The translations under genes and the position numbers were made by a program. A stretch of 32,000 nt of DNA from Candidatus Thorarchaeota archaeon (GTDB lineage: Archaea > Asgardarchaeota > Heimdallarchaeia > Hodarchaeales > Hodarchaeaceae): NCBI GenBank assembly GCA_048882505.1, contig JBHLRO010000012.1, forward strand, positions 1 to 32,000, given 5' to 3'. Of the stretch, positions 17,837 through 27,747 are shown in pieces. Every line of letters starts with the position of its first letter. The first letter of the stretch is position 1. Under the pieces are notes generated by a model that saw nothing but the letters and a program-made list of their open reading frames with translations, was not told the origin of the DNA and made no database searches.

Positions 17837-18805
17837 ATGATAGAAGTACGAAACCTAAATACTGGCCTCACTTATACCGATTTTGTAAAGGGGATCAGGC
17901 CCAACATCCCCGTTTGGATAATTTGTACGATGCCATCAAAGGAGGAATTGAGAACTATTCAAACAACATTTGACATTCCTTGGGAAGATTTGGAGGATTC
18001 GTTGGATGAAGACGAACGTCCACGTTTGGAACTAGAACCTGAAAATCCTGAGTTCGTGAAACTTGTTTTACGTGTCCCTGCAATTGAATCAATAAATCTA
18101 ATGTCCGCTAACTATCAAAAACAACCAACAACACGACCAGTGGTAGTTTTTTTGACCAAGGACTTCCTAGTTACAATTGTATCAGAAAAGATCAAAACTA
18201 AAAGCATCAGAAAACCAATAGGGTCACGTAGGAAACGACCAACTCCAACAATCTTGGTATTGTTGGATTGGCTTGAAACCGTTGTTAAAAGTTTTGAACT
18301 GGTAGTAGATACGATTGATTCCGATTTAGCTAAGGTGGAAAAAGATATTTTTGAATCTATTAGATCAAGTTCTATTAAAGATGTTTTTCGACTCTCCAGG
18401 GACACCACTTATTTGGATGCAGCGTTGAAAGGAAATCTTAGAGCATTTTATGGTTTGAAGAAAGCCCCGATGTTCCTCAATCTTTCTGATGTTCAGGATG
18501 ATTTGGAGGATCTCTCCATCGACCTCCAACAACAGGCCGACCTCCTTAATATCTATAGTACCCTCGTTGAGTCTTCGTTGGATGCTTTTGCCAGCGTAAT
18601 CTCTAACAACCAAAACGACTTGATCAAAGTATTAGCTTCTATTTCGTTCATCTTAATGGTTCCGACTCTAATAGCATCATTATACGGAATGAACGTAGAA
18701 TTGCCATTTTATGATCATCCATATGCGTTTTGGATCATAGTTATCATTAGTGTGGTTCTAATCGTTCCTGTTTGGGTAGCTCTACGGAAACTTGATCTAC
18801 TCTGA
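17837..18805 (+). CDS. corA: CorA-family Mg2+/Co2+ transporter
   Basis: LDEDERPRLE, IASLYGMNV (GMN signature) and two C-terminal TM helices. ATG 17837, preceded by GGAGG at 17823-17827, is preferred over 17762. Confidence 0.93.
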   Translation: MIEVRNLNTGLTYTDFVKGIRPNIPVWIICTMPSKEELRTIQTTFDIPWEDLEDSLDEDERPRLELEPENPEFVKLVLRVPAIESINLMSANYQKQPTTRPVVVFLTKDFLVTIVSEKIKTKSIRKPIGSRRKRPTPTILVLLDWLETVVKSFELVVDTIDSDLAKVEKDIFESIRSSSIKDVFRLSRDTTYLDAALKGNLRAFYGLKKAPMFLNLSDVQDDLEDLSIDLQQQADLLNIYSTLVESSLDAFASVISNNQNDLIKVLASISFILMVPTLIASLYGMNVELPFYDHPYAFWIIVIISVVLIVPVWVALRKLDLL

Positions 18806-21400
18806 TACTAATGCTTTTTGGCTTTTACCAATTTCTTGATCAAGGTCACGGACGCCACTTCCCGCCAGTTTTCTACAAAGCCTACCGTATACCCCTGAAG
18901 TGTCGATTACCTCCTGGATATCCATCAACACCATGGCTTGATAGGGGCCCAATTTAATGTACAGCCCTTGTTCGAGGACTTCGTTACTTTTTCGAAGATA
19001 GTCCCGGTTACCTATTACGTCTCGAAAACGGATAAAATACTCCTCCTCTGAATGTAGTCCTATTAATTCCCCAATTGTCGTTTGTACTAGTTTTGATGTC
19101 CCGTCTTGTTCCTTGATTAGTACGGCCGAGGACATCTTTATCCATCCACTTGTTTGTTTGTGACGATTATGATAAATTACGACAACATTATTACCATCTT
19201 GTCCATTGGAATAGATGAAAATATCTTCGTCTACGGTACCATCTGCGTTGTAACAATCATAAAGCCAAAAGTTGGTAACCTCTGCAAACAAATATCGACG
19301 TTTTAGTAGAGGAAATATGATATCTTCATGAAACTCGACAAAACCAACATCCAGTGTTTCGTTCCAGTACGCCTTACTGTACTCCATACCATATCGTTCT
19401 TCATAACCCTCAATTTGTCCATGTCCAAATAATGGCAAACCTGGCATTGTGACCAGTAAAACGCAAATTCCAAAATATTTCTCCCCTTTTCCGAATTGTG
19501 ATACCGCAGTCTCTTCGTCAGGATTGTTCATAAAATTAACAAAGCGTTTCAATATCTCAGGATCATATTCCAATGTATTCTTGACAACTAATCGGTACTT
19601 TGCATTATCCTCATCACGAAGCATATTCATAAACGCACTGTTGTACACTCGGTGCATTCCCAATGTCTTGACAAAATATCCCTCTAGGAGCCAAAAAGCC
19701 TCGGCGATTAATAGAGTATCAGGCACATCCTGATTTACTCGGTCAACTACCTCACGCCAGAATTCCTTGGGCATAGCTTTTGCAAATTCCTGGTTTGAAA
19801 TCCCGTGTTCGGCTCGAGAGGGAATATCCCCTCCTGTTCCAGGTGCAGGAAACCATAACCGTTGGTAATGCTTACGTGTTAGGGTCATGGCGGCGTCAAA
19901 CCGAATTACTCTGAACATCTTGGCTACTTGTAGGATGGTCTGTATAACTGCCTCCCGAACTTCAGAATTGAGATAGTTTAGCTGTGCTGTATCGTTCCAC
20001 GGCATGCTAGTGCCGTCGTTGCCGTGATAAACATATGAAGTTTCATTGGTGACATAATCCACTCTTTTGAAAGTAACCGCCGCATCAGCGCGGCTGAAAT
20101 ATTGGTCTTCGATGTAGATTCCGATGCGAGGATCATTTGATACACTTACCCCTGAATATGTGTAACTAGGGAACGGTATATATGGGAGGGATATGAACCA
20201 TTCGGGATGCTCAATCACCCATTGAGAATCCACACCCGTGTGGTTCGGAACCATATCACAAGCTAGGCGAATTCCGATATCCCCAGCTCTTTCTTTGAAC
20301 CTTTGCAGCGCGTCGTACCCCCCTAGATTTCGAGCAACTGTGTATTGGTAAATCGAATAGGCCGATGCTTCAGCCTCAGGATTGCCACTCCATCTCTTAA
20401 TAACCTTTGAAGCCGGACTCCGTTCCCATATCCCGATTAACCAAAGAGTATTGAACCCCCATTGTTTTAATTGTGTAAGTTCTTCGTTGGGCACCTGGTC
20501 CAATCGATGGATATCCCTGCTGTACTTTCTACTCAATTGATCAAGCCAAACCTGGGTATTCTTTGCGATCATAACAACCTGAGGCATCCAGGTGCCGTCA
20601 ACGGAATAATTATCCGCGAGGGAATCATAGATATAAACTTGGGCCTCTCCTGGGCCTCCTCCCCTCATTCTTTCTTCTTCCTCGATAAAATCAAGGGCTT
20701 GAAGTATTTTCACCTCATACTCACCCAGAAGATACCCCCAATGGTCACGAATGTATTCTAACTGACCTCGAATTGAAGCAGGATCCTTATCTTTTAATGA
20801 ATAGAGCATTTCAAAGAGTGTCTGATCCTCATCACCTATAGGCGGCTGGCTTTGGAAAAAATCTCTAGAAATCGATATAACTTGTTGATAGGTGGTAAGG
20901 TCTGCTAGTGAGGTGTCATCCATAAGGGGGGAAACACGAGAAAAAACAGGATTTTCATTACTTATCCATAAAACAATCATGGAAGTAAGCGCGTGCTTTT
21001 TGTTTTGTTCTGCTGATGGAGATGCCTCTAAATATTGTTTAATAGTTTCTCTATCCGAATAAATTCCAGGCGGAGGAAATTCACTCAGAAATTCCTTAAG
21101 TGTGGACTCTAGTTCTTCCTTTCCTATTTGATCTTCCAAGTACGTAAATAATTCCTCTATAACATCTCTATCAGCTTGAGGTTGAAATGAATTCAACCAG
21201 GTTTCGAAAATTGTCGTTTCAAGGACTAGTCCGTTAATATCGCTCGCATAAATAGGCTCAGCGGTCGATTCCCTGTTTTCATTTAATCGTTGAACAAATA
21301 GATGGACATCTCGGAATGTAGAGAAGCTTAAATTACCCTCATCATCAAAAAAGTTTGTATCGAACTGAAAAACGTCACGGGCGCTTCGTGTAACTTTCAA
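18797..21400 (-). CDS. GH13 alpha-amylase-family glycoside hydrolase with an N-terminal helical extension
   Basis: NTLWLIGIWE, RLACDMVPNHTG (region I), IRFDAAM (nucleophile Asp), IAEAFW (acid/base Glu), FMNNPDE (region IV) and PGLPLFGHGQ. Confidence 0.9.
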   Translation of the reverse strand: MKVTRSARDVFQFDTNFFDDEGNLSFSTFRDVHLFVQRLNENRESTAEPIYASDINGLVLETTIFETWLNSFQPQADRDVIEELFTYLEDQIGKEELESTLKEFLSEFPPPGIYSDRETIKQYLEASPSAEQNKKHALTSMIVLWISNENPVFSRVSPLMDDTSLADLTTYQQVISISRDFFQSQPPIGDEDQTLFEMLYSLKDKDPASIRGQLEYIRDHWGYLLGEYEVKILQALDFIEEEERMRGGGPGEAQVYIYDSLADNYSVDGTWMPQVVMIAKNTQVWLDQLSRKYSRDIHRLDQVPNEELTQLKQWGFNTLWLIGIWERSPASKVIKRWSGNPEAEASAYSIYQYTVARNLGGYDALQRFKERAGDIGIRLACDMVPNHTGVDSQWVIEHPEWFISLPYIPFPSYTYSGVSVSNDPRIGIYIEDQYFSRADAAVTFKRVDYVTNETSYVYHGNDGTSMPWNDTAQLNYLNSEVREAVIQTILQVAKMFRVIRFDAAMTLTRKHYQRLWFPAPGTGGDIPSRAEHGISNQEFAKAMPKEFWREVVDRVNQDVPDTLLIAEAFWLLEGYFVKTLGMHRVYNSAFMNMLRDEDNAKYRLVVKNTLEYDPEILKRFVNFMNNPDEETAVSQFGKGEKYFGICVLLVTMPGLPLFGHGQIEGYEERYGMEYSKAYWNETLDVGFVEFHEDIIFPLLKRRYLFAEVTNFWLYDCYNADGTVDEDIFIYSNGQDGNNVVVIYHNRHKQTSGWIKMSSAVLIKEQDGTSKLVQTTIGELIGLHSEEEYFIRFRDVIGNRDYLRKSNEVLEQGLYIKLGPYQAMVLMDIQEVIDTSGVYGRLCRKLAGSGVRDLDQEIGKSQKALVSE

Positions 21401-21429
21401 TAACTGGCTTCCTCTCAGTCAATCCAATT

Positions 21430-21996
21430 TTATCTCAATCCATCGATCATTTCCAGGGAAAGCAAATAATGCACTTGAAGAGAATTGTTTACCTCAAAAT
21501 CAGCTAATTCCTCATTAGATTTCATTCTGTTTACGAACACGAAAATATAATTCACAAATCCTCCCTGATCACGGATTGCTTTAATGATAGGCTGTTTACT
21601 ACCACCCGAAGTGATTACATCATCTATAACTAGGATGGTCTTACCCGTGATGTTTCCTTCAATCTGTTTTTTGGTCCCATAGGCCTTGGGTTCCATCCTC
21701 GCAAGGAAATAGGGTTTGTGAAGGGATAGGGATAATGCGGTTGCCAAGGGGACACCAGCAAGGGGTGGCGCAATGAAACAATCTGTGTTATTCAGTATTC
21801 CTGTGTTTCCAAGATAGACAGAAGCTAAATCAATCGTTTCTATAAATTCCAGGGGAAAATTCGGTAGTATACGCATATCAATGTAGATTTTTGATGTTGA
21901 TCCGTCTTTTAAGGTGAAATTTCCGAACTTAATTACACCGACTTTCTTCAAGATACTCATTAGGCGAATACGCTGTTGATGCGAAAGACCTGTCAT
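21430..21996 (-). CDS. pyrE: Orotate phosphoribosyltransferase
   Basis: KFGNFTLKDG...YIDMR, RMEPKAYGT flexible loop and PRPP motif VIDDVITSGGS; pyr cluster context. Confidence 0.93.
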   Translation of the reverse strand: MTGLSHQQRIRLMSILKKVGVIKFGNFTLKDGSTSKIYIDMRILPNFPLEFIETIDLASVYLGNTGILNNTDCFIAPPLAGVPLATALSLSLHKPYFLARMEPKAYGTKKQIEGNITGKTILVIDDVITSGGSKQPIIKAIRDQGGFVNYIFVFVNRMKSNEELADFEVNNSLQVHYLLSLEMIDGLR

Positions 21997-22117
21997 CTAT
22001 CTTCCCTCAAGCATCGAACAGGTTGGGATTAAATGCATTTCTGAAACAACCTTTGGTTGAGATAAGTAGAAATGAGAGGGATTTTTCCTCACTTTTCGAG
22101 CATACCTGGTGCAGTAA

Positions 22118-22888
22118 ATGGATTTTTTACGGTTATTATCAACTGCAAAAGCTGAATCAGGGAGTAGGGTTTGTGTTGGACTGGATTTTGCGAGTTACGG
22201 GAGCAGATCTACCCAGACCTTAGCGAAGAATCAGAATAAGGTTACCAAAATACTCGAGACCGTCGAAGAATTAAGTTCGTACTGTTGTGCATTCAAAATC
22301 AACCGCCAGTATATCCTTGAACTAAATTTAGACCAGATTAAACAGATCACAAACGCTGTTCATGAGAAAAATCGTCCAATAATTATTGACCACAAGATTT
22401 CTGACATTGGGATTACGAACGATCAAGCGTTATATCATTTCTCACAGGAGGGATTTGATGCCTTCACATACTCCCCGTTTCCAGGAAACGTTAAAGAAAT
22501 CTGTGATAAAGCTAAGAGAAGAGGTTTAGCAACTTTTGTACTCGTCCTGATGTCGAATCCAGAAGCTGTCTGGATGACCCAATGGTCAAAGGATAATCTC
22601 TCTCTTTATCAATTCTTTGGGAGATTGACGAATCAGTACGCCGAAGGTGCGGTTGTGGGAGCAACCGGCCATGTAGGCGATCCAGAACTGAAAATCCTTA
22701 GCAAGGAACTTTCTAACAAGGTAATCCTATCCCCAGGCATTGGTCAACAAGGAGGCGGCTTATCTCAGTTGTTAAAGTACTTTAAAGAGGATGTAATCTT
22801 CAATATCGGACGCGGAATCATATACCAAGAGGATCCTTTAGCTAAACTCAAAGATTATAACATAGAGATAGATAATTTAGACCCTTGA
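22118..22888 (+). CDS. pyrF: Orotidine-5'-phosphate decarboxylase
   Basis: VCVGLD, AFKIN, catalytic DHKISDIG (DxKxxDI), VVGAT, SPGIGQQGG and GRGI; pyr cluster context. Confidence 0.92.
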   Translation: MDFLRLLSTAKAESGSRVCVGLDFASYGSRSTQTLAKNQNKVTKILETVEELSSYCCAFKINRQYILELNLDQIKQITNAVHEKNRPIIIDHKISDIGITNDQALYHFSQEGFDAFTYSPFPGNVKEICDKAKRRGLATFVLVLMSNPEAVWMTQWSKDNLSLYQFFGRLTNQYAEGAVVGATGHVGDPELKILSKELSNKVILSPGIGQQGGGLSQLLKYFKEDVIFNIGRGIIYQEDPLAKLKDYNIEIDNLDP

Positions 22889-22897
22889 GGAAAAATT

Positions 22898-24151
22898 ATG
22901 CTTCTGAAGAACGCTGCGTTCTGGTCACATAAAGATAGACGAGTTATTAATGGCCATATCTTAATTGACAGCCATTTGGGCGTAATACGGCATATTGCAG
23001 GTACAGAAACATCCAAAATTAGGGAGCAGGATGTAACAATAGATCTTAAAGGAAAATTAGTACTACCAAGTTTGGTGGATATTCATTGTCATTTGCGTGA
23101 TTTTGAAGAAGCTCACAAAGAAACGTATGCAACAGGCGCAGCAGCGGCTGCAGCTGGTGGTTTTACAACCATATTTGACATGCCAAATAAGAAAAACCCC
23201 GTTAATTCAGCCAAAAAGCTGAAAAAATGTCAGGCACGAGCAAAAGTAATCCCCGAGGCCAATATCAAACATTTCGCACTTCTTACTAAATCTACGGAGC
23301 CCTCATTGAAGATTAACCATCCATACCATAAGGCCTATCTCTCTCCATCCATAGGTGATTACCAGACCGATATTGAGGAAATCAAAGATTACCTTCTCCA
23401 GGGTTCTGGAATTCTTTCTGTTCATTGTGAAGATCCTTCTAGGATCTTGATGAATGAAAAACGCTTTGGAAAATCGTTAAAAGCACATGTAAAAGTTCGA
23501 GATGCTAGATCCGAAGTGATAGCAGTTAGAACGCTTATTGAGAGTACTAAGGGGAGGATAAATCGTGTAAATCCACACGCAGCGCATATAAGTGTACATG
23601 AAGCGCTTCATTCTCTCCAGATGGCGGGATTATCCTTCGAGGTTACCCCTCACCACCTTTTCTTAAATATCCAGGATGATTATGAGCGTCTCGGCGCTAG
23701 GGGAAAGATGAATCCACCCTTAAGGAAGAAGACTGAGCAAGAGCGGCTTTTAGGTTCGTTCTTACGTGGAGAGATTCCAATCATTGCTACTGACCATGCT
23801 CCCCACACATTGGAAGAAAAAGAGATTCAGGAACTGGCAGGGATTCCGAACCTGGAAACCTGCTTGCCATTAATCCTTACAAAACTACATCCTCTAACCA
23901 CAGCAAAAATTCAAATAATTGTGGAATGTTTAGCGGTCAATCCCAGAAAATTGATGGGCCTTGAAGAGAAGGGGATAATCGCAGAAAATGAGCCTGCGAA
24001 TCTTGTTGTGATCGATCTGAAGAATATCAAGAAGGTAAAAGGAGCCGAACTCCAAACCAAGTGTAAGTGGAGTCCATGGGAGGGGGAAAGCTTCTTAGGA
24101 TGGCCCGTTTTAACCATAAATCGAGGAAAAGTCACTTTTAACAAGCTGTAA
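22898..24151 (+). CDS. pyrC: Dihydroorotase (type I, amidohydrolase superfamily)
   Basis: DIHCHLRD, GGFTTIFDMPN, VHCED, EVTPHHL, KMNPPLR and IATDHAPH. Confidence 0.93.
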   Translation: MLLKNAAFWSHKDRRVINGHILIDSHLGVIRHIAGTETSKIREQDVTIDLKGKLVLPSLVDIHCHLRDFEEAHKETYATGAAAAAAGGFTTIFDMPNKKNPVNSAKKLKKCQARAKVIPEANIKHFALLTKSTEPSLKINHPYHKAYLSPSIGDYQTDIEEIKDYLLQGSGILSVHCEDPSRILMNEKRFGKSLKAHVKVRDARSEVIAVRTLIESTKGRINRVNPHAAHISVHEALHSLQMAGLSFEVTPHHLFLNIQDDYERLGARGKMNPPLRKKTEQERLLGSFLRGEIPIIATDHAPHTLEEKEIQELAGIPNLETCLPLILTKLHPLTTAKIQIIVECLAVNPRKLMGLEEKGIIAENEPANLVVIDLKNIKKVKGAELQTKCKWSPWEGESFLGWPVLTINRGKVTFNKL

Positions 24152-24181
24152 AACCGTGGAGTGATCAATCAACACTCTCGG

Positions 24182-25039
24182 TCAATAATCCTTCTTCAAA
24201 GAAAACTTGTCACCATCCTGCCCACGTCCCCACACTCCGAAATCCTTGACATCTACGATTATGTCACCGCGAAATACGGGGCCGTCATGGCAAATTGACA
24301 GCCCTCTCTCATCCATAAAACAGGAACCACATACTCCAAACCCACACCTGATGAATCTATCTGCTAAGCTTACCTGTAATCTCTCATTTAAGCCTTTTAT
24401 AGTCGTAATTGCTACAACTGAAACAAGCATAGCCTCGGGGCCGCAGGCGTATATCGTAAGTTCTTCAGGCGTCTCCGTTATATCTGAGGTTAACAGTTCT
24501 TTCAGAGCAATGGTAGGAAATCCCTTACGGCCGAAAGAACCATCATCAGTAAAGAAGGTTGATTCAATCGAAAGGGATTCAAAATATTTACGATAAACAA
24601 GCCCGTTTACGTTTCTAGCCCCTTCCAGAAGAATGACTCTGGTCGAAATACCGCATTCCAATATTCGACCAATAAGGTAGCGCAAGGGTGCCAATCCTAT
24701 ACCACCGCCTATTACGATCGAAGTTTCGCTCTTGTCCATTGTAAATCCGTTACCATAGGGGCCGCGGAGCCCAATCAGCTCTCCAATTGGGCTTTTTATC
24801 AAATTATGGCTTGTTGGACCAAGATCAAAAATGGTAAAGGAAATAGTATTGCCTTGATAATCACTAACCGCAATAGGAATTTCATCGTCCCCAGGAACCC
24901 ATAACATGAAGTATTGCCCCGGAATAACGTCAACACGTAATTGGTGAGGTAATTTAAATGAGATTGTGACTACATCTTTAGCCTCAACGGTTTTATCACA
25001 GATGGGGAGACATTTAGGGACATTATACCGGTTATTCAT
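24182..25039 (-). CDS. pyrK: Dihydroorotate dehydrogenase electron-transfer subunit
   Basis: PGQYFMLW, RGPYGNGF, GGGIGLAP, CGPEAM and 2Fe-2S motif CGFGVCGSC...CHDGPVF. Start overlaps the pyrD stop. Confidence 0.93.
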   Translation of the reverse strand: MNNRYNVPKCLPICDKTVEAKDVVTISFKLPHQLRVDVIPGQYFMLWVPGDDEIPIAVSDYQGNTISFTIFDLGPTSHNLIKSPIGELIGLRGPYGNGFTMDKSETSIVIGGGIGLAPLRYLIGRILECGISTRVILLEGARNVNGLVYRKYFESLSIESTFFTDDGSFGRKGFPTIALKELLTSDITETPEELTIYACGPEAMLVSVVAITTIKGLNERLQVSLADRFIRCGFGVCGSCFMDERGLSICHDGPVFRGDIIVDVKDFGVWGRGQDGDKFSLKKDY

Positions 25040-25964
25040 GAGCCAATCCCCTTATTTCGGGCAAGGATAATCCCTCATTCCGTAGATAATTATTTATTCC
25101 CGTAAAGAGCTGAGGCAAAAGATCTTCTGGAGATGGAGTATGTGTAAATATGGTTCCCAATTGAACTGCGGATGCACCTGCTAAAAGGTATTCGATTATA
25201 TCTTCCCACTGCCATATTCCGCCCACTCCTACTAGCGGAACCTTAGGGCCAAAATGCTCATAGAGGTCATAAATGGCCCGTACACCAACGGGTTTTATCG
25301 CTCGGCCAGATAATCCACCTTTTTTGTTCCCTAATACGGGCTTTTTTACAGTTATATCTATCATCATGGCAACCAGGGTATTGATTGCAACCAACGCATC
25401 GGCTCCAGCCGAAATGGCACTTTCTCCTATTTCAACAATGCTAGTGATATTGGGTGTTAATTTAACCCATACTGGAAAATCACTTACCCTTTTTGCGGCT
25501 TTTACAACATCCATAACTGTTTCAGGGTCACTACCCACGGCTGATCCTAATTTTTTTGCATGAGGGCAGCTTAAGTTCATTTCAAATGCGAGCGGCGGAT
25601 GATTCTCTATTTTTTTTTGGAAACACAATATAACATCTGCAAATTCTTCTGGAGATCCACCATAAATCGAAATAACATAATCTACATCCCGTTCCAAATG
25701 AAGTAGTTCGGATGCGAATTTTTTGCAACCGGGATTTGCCAATCCCACGGCATTTACCATGGATAATGTATTAGGCAAGTAAATTACCGAAGGATTTGGA
25801 TATCCTTCGCGAGACTTTAAACCAATTGATTTAGTTGTTACGGCACCAAGGCCTGCATTATAAGCACGATTCAAACTCGAGTAAGTAGATCCCAAGAAAC
25901 CTGATGCTAAAATCAGAGGGTTTCTGAGTTGAATATTACCTATAGACGTGGGAAATGTATTCAT
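25032..25964 (-). CDS. pyrD: Dihydroorotate dehydrogenase, family 1B catalytic subunit
   Basis: LASG, TTKS, NAVGLANPG, EMNLSCPH (catalytic Cys), WVKLTPN, AINT, GGLSG and GVGGI. Confidence 0.95.
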   Translation of the reverse strand: MNTFPTSIGNIQLRNPLILASGFLGSTYSSLNRAYNAGLGAVTTKSIGLKSREGYPNPSVIYLPNTLSMVNAVGLANPGCKKFASELLHLERDVDYVISIYGGSPEEFADVILCFQKKIENHPPLAFEMNLSCPHAKKLGSAVGSDPETVMDVVKAAKRVSDFPVWVKLTPNITSIVEIGESAISAGADALVAINTLVAMMIDITVKKPVLGNKKGGLSGRAIKPVGVRAIYDLYEHFGPKVPLVGVGGIWQWEDIIEYLLAGASAVQLGTIFTHTPSPEDLLPQLFTGINNYLRNEGLSLPEIRGLAHE

Positions 25965-25988
25965 GGGTGATCCAATTATTTTCGGTTT

Positions 25989-26474
25989 TTACCTCATTAG
26001 GGATATGTGTTCGTGAACATTAAACAATTTATCACAGTAGGCGCACCGTAACTGAATGGATTCATCCTTATTCTTTACAATATATTCAGGAACTACATCT
26101 TCTCGTTGGTTGGTAATACAACTCAATCCAGGACAGCTTATTAATCCAGTAACTCGTACTGGAGTTTGTATCTTCTCCTTTCGTATGATATGGTAGTCCT
26201 TGATATAAATGACATTCGCCCCTGACACAATAAGCCCGAGCTTAGTAAGATCGATATCTGTCACATTTCGGATCTTTAATACATCTTTGCGGCCTAATTT
26301 CTGTGAAGGAACATTTAGAGCTACAAAAACTGAATGCGGATAACTTTCATCAATGTTAAGAGCTTTTAATACATAAAACGCTCTTCCTGGCGGAGTTATA
26401 TGATCTATTACAATGCCATTATCAATTTTCGCAACACTTAGCTTCTTATCATTAACATTGGTATTTGCTCCCAT
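25989..26474 (-). CDS. pyrI: Aspartate carbamoyltransferase regulatory chain
   Basis: IDNGIVIDHI, NVPSQKLGRKDVLKI and Zn ligands CPGLSCIT...CAYCD. The ATG at 26474, 1 nt after the pyrB stop, is preferred to the ORF-track start 26576, which overlaps pyrB. Confidence 0.93.
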   Translation of the reverse strand: MGANTNVNDKKLSVAKIDNGIVIDHITPPGRAFYVLKALNIDESYPHSVFVALNVPSQKLGRKDVLKIRNVTDIDLTKLGLIVSGANVIYIKDYHIIRKEKIQTPVRVTGLISCPGLSCITNQREDVVPEYIVKNKDESIQLRCAYCDKLFNVHEHISLMR

Positions 26475-26475
26475 T

Positions 26476-27411
26476 TCATTTATCTCCAAGAAGGAAATCC
26501 AAAATTGCCATTCGAGTAAACACCCCATTTCGGGCCTGTTCAAAATAAAATGCGTGACCAGAGCGGTCAATTTCATAAGGTATTTCGTCTACACGGGGCA
26601 AAGGATGAAGGATTATTAATTCCTTTTTTGCTCCATGGAGTAAGGAAGGTCGTACTTGATAAGATCCTTTGACTTTATTGTATAAGTCTGGATCAGGAAA
26701 TCTTTCTTTTTGTAATCGGGTAACATACAAAACATCGAGAGATTCCATTACATCTGAAAGTTCGTCGTGTTCTCTTAGAGTCAGACTTGTTTTTTCTAAA
26801 TCATATTTAAGTTCATCTTGAAGGCGTAATGATGGATGTGAAACAGGATAAATTGTATTTTTACCAAACTTGCTTAGAGCAAACAGAAGAGACGCGATTG
26901 TCCTGCTAAACATCAGATCTCCAATTAATCCTACACTGAGACCCGATAATCGGCCTAGTTTCTCTTTAATCGTAAAAATATCCTGTATTGCCTGTGTTGG
27001 ATGTTCTTGGCTTCCAGATCCCCCTGAAATTACTGGGATGCCAAATCGATCAGCAACCTCCGATGCCAGCCGAGCTGAACCACGTAAAGGATGACGTATT
27101 ACAATCCCATCTGTATATGAAGCAAGCATTGTAACGGTATCCGATAAACTCTCACCTTTTTCTAATGAAGTCCCCAAACCACTTGAAAATCCAGAAGTTT
27201 GCCCACCTAAGCGTAACATAGCACTTTCAAAAGACAAACGCGTTCGGGTACTTGCCTCCCAAAACGCAAGTCCTAATATTTTACCTGTTAACCGCCCAAA
27301 GAACGCTTTCGGATTGGATTTAATTTCTTGAGCCCTATCCAGTATTTTTGACAGATCTGGTTCCCCCATGTCTCGAATACTGGTGATGTGCGTTGTCTGT
27401 AATCTTGCCAT
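26476..27411 (-). CDS. pyrB: Aspartate carbamoyltransferase catalytic chain
   Basis: EASTRTRLSFE, IRHP, HPTQ, GDL, RLQKERF and HPLPR. Confidence 0.96.
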   Translation of the reverse strand: MARLQTTHITSIRDMGEPDLSKILDRAQEIKSNPKAFFGRLTGKILGLAFWEASTRTRLSFESAMLRLGGQTSGFSSGLGTSLEKGESLSDTVTMLASYTDGIVIRHPLRGSARLASEVADRFGIPVISGGSGSQEHPTQAIQDIFTIKEKLGRLSGLSVGLIGDLMFSRTIASLLFALSKFGKNTIYPVSHPSLRLQDELKYDLEKTSLTLREHDELSDVMESLDVLYVTRLQKERFPDPDLYNKVKGSYQVRPSLLHGAKKELIILHPLPRVDEIPYEIDRSGHAFYFEQARNGVFTRMAILDFLLGDK

Positions 27412-27747
27412 CCTAGGTTACCCTCATTCTGGCATTATCCTTTTAAAATTGAAGAGTATCTTCTCTTCATATGAAAATTATGTGAACTCTTAGAAAGTTA
27501 CAAAATAGTCCCGAATACTCGATTACGCGTCACTTATATATCCTTGATAGATTAGTGTGCCATGAGCCAATATCCATATGGCTCTATAATTCATTTGAGT
27601 CCTAGTTCAAGTTTGTATTTGTCAATCGAATTCAAAAATGGAAAGATTTGACGTAATCCTTCCAAATCTGTCCTGTGGAGTATAATTAAGAGTACACCTG
27701 TACCAGCTCATGGAATTAAGTAAAAGATCATGTTTCGTTGATTCTAA

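Noticed and set aside
21430-22888. Adjacent pyrE and pyrF as a precursor of the eukaryotic UMPS fusion
   Set aside because: The genes are on opposite strands (head-to-head), so adjacency gives no direct route to a fusion; it is explained by ordinary pathway clustering.
25989-26576. N-terminally extended PyrI (195 aa) as in the ORF track
   Set aside because: The extension overlaps pyrB by about 100 nt. The ATG at 26474, right after the pyrB stop, gives a normal-length PyrI.
27412-27747. Structured ncRNA or pyr attenuator upstream of pyrB (short inverted repeats TGAAGAG/CTCTTCA, GAGCCA/TGGCTC, AGATTTG/CAAATCT)
   Set aside because: Stems are only 6-7 bp in AT-rich DNA, with no U-tract terminator or recognisable PyrR-binding loop. 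Not distinguishable from chance without covariation data.
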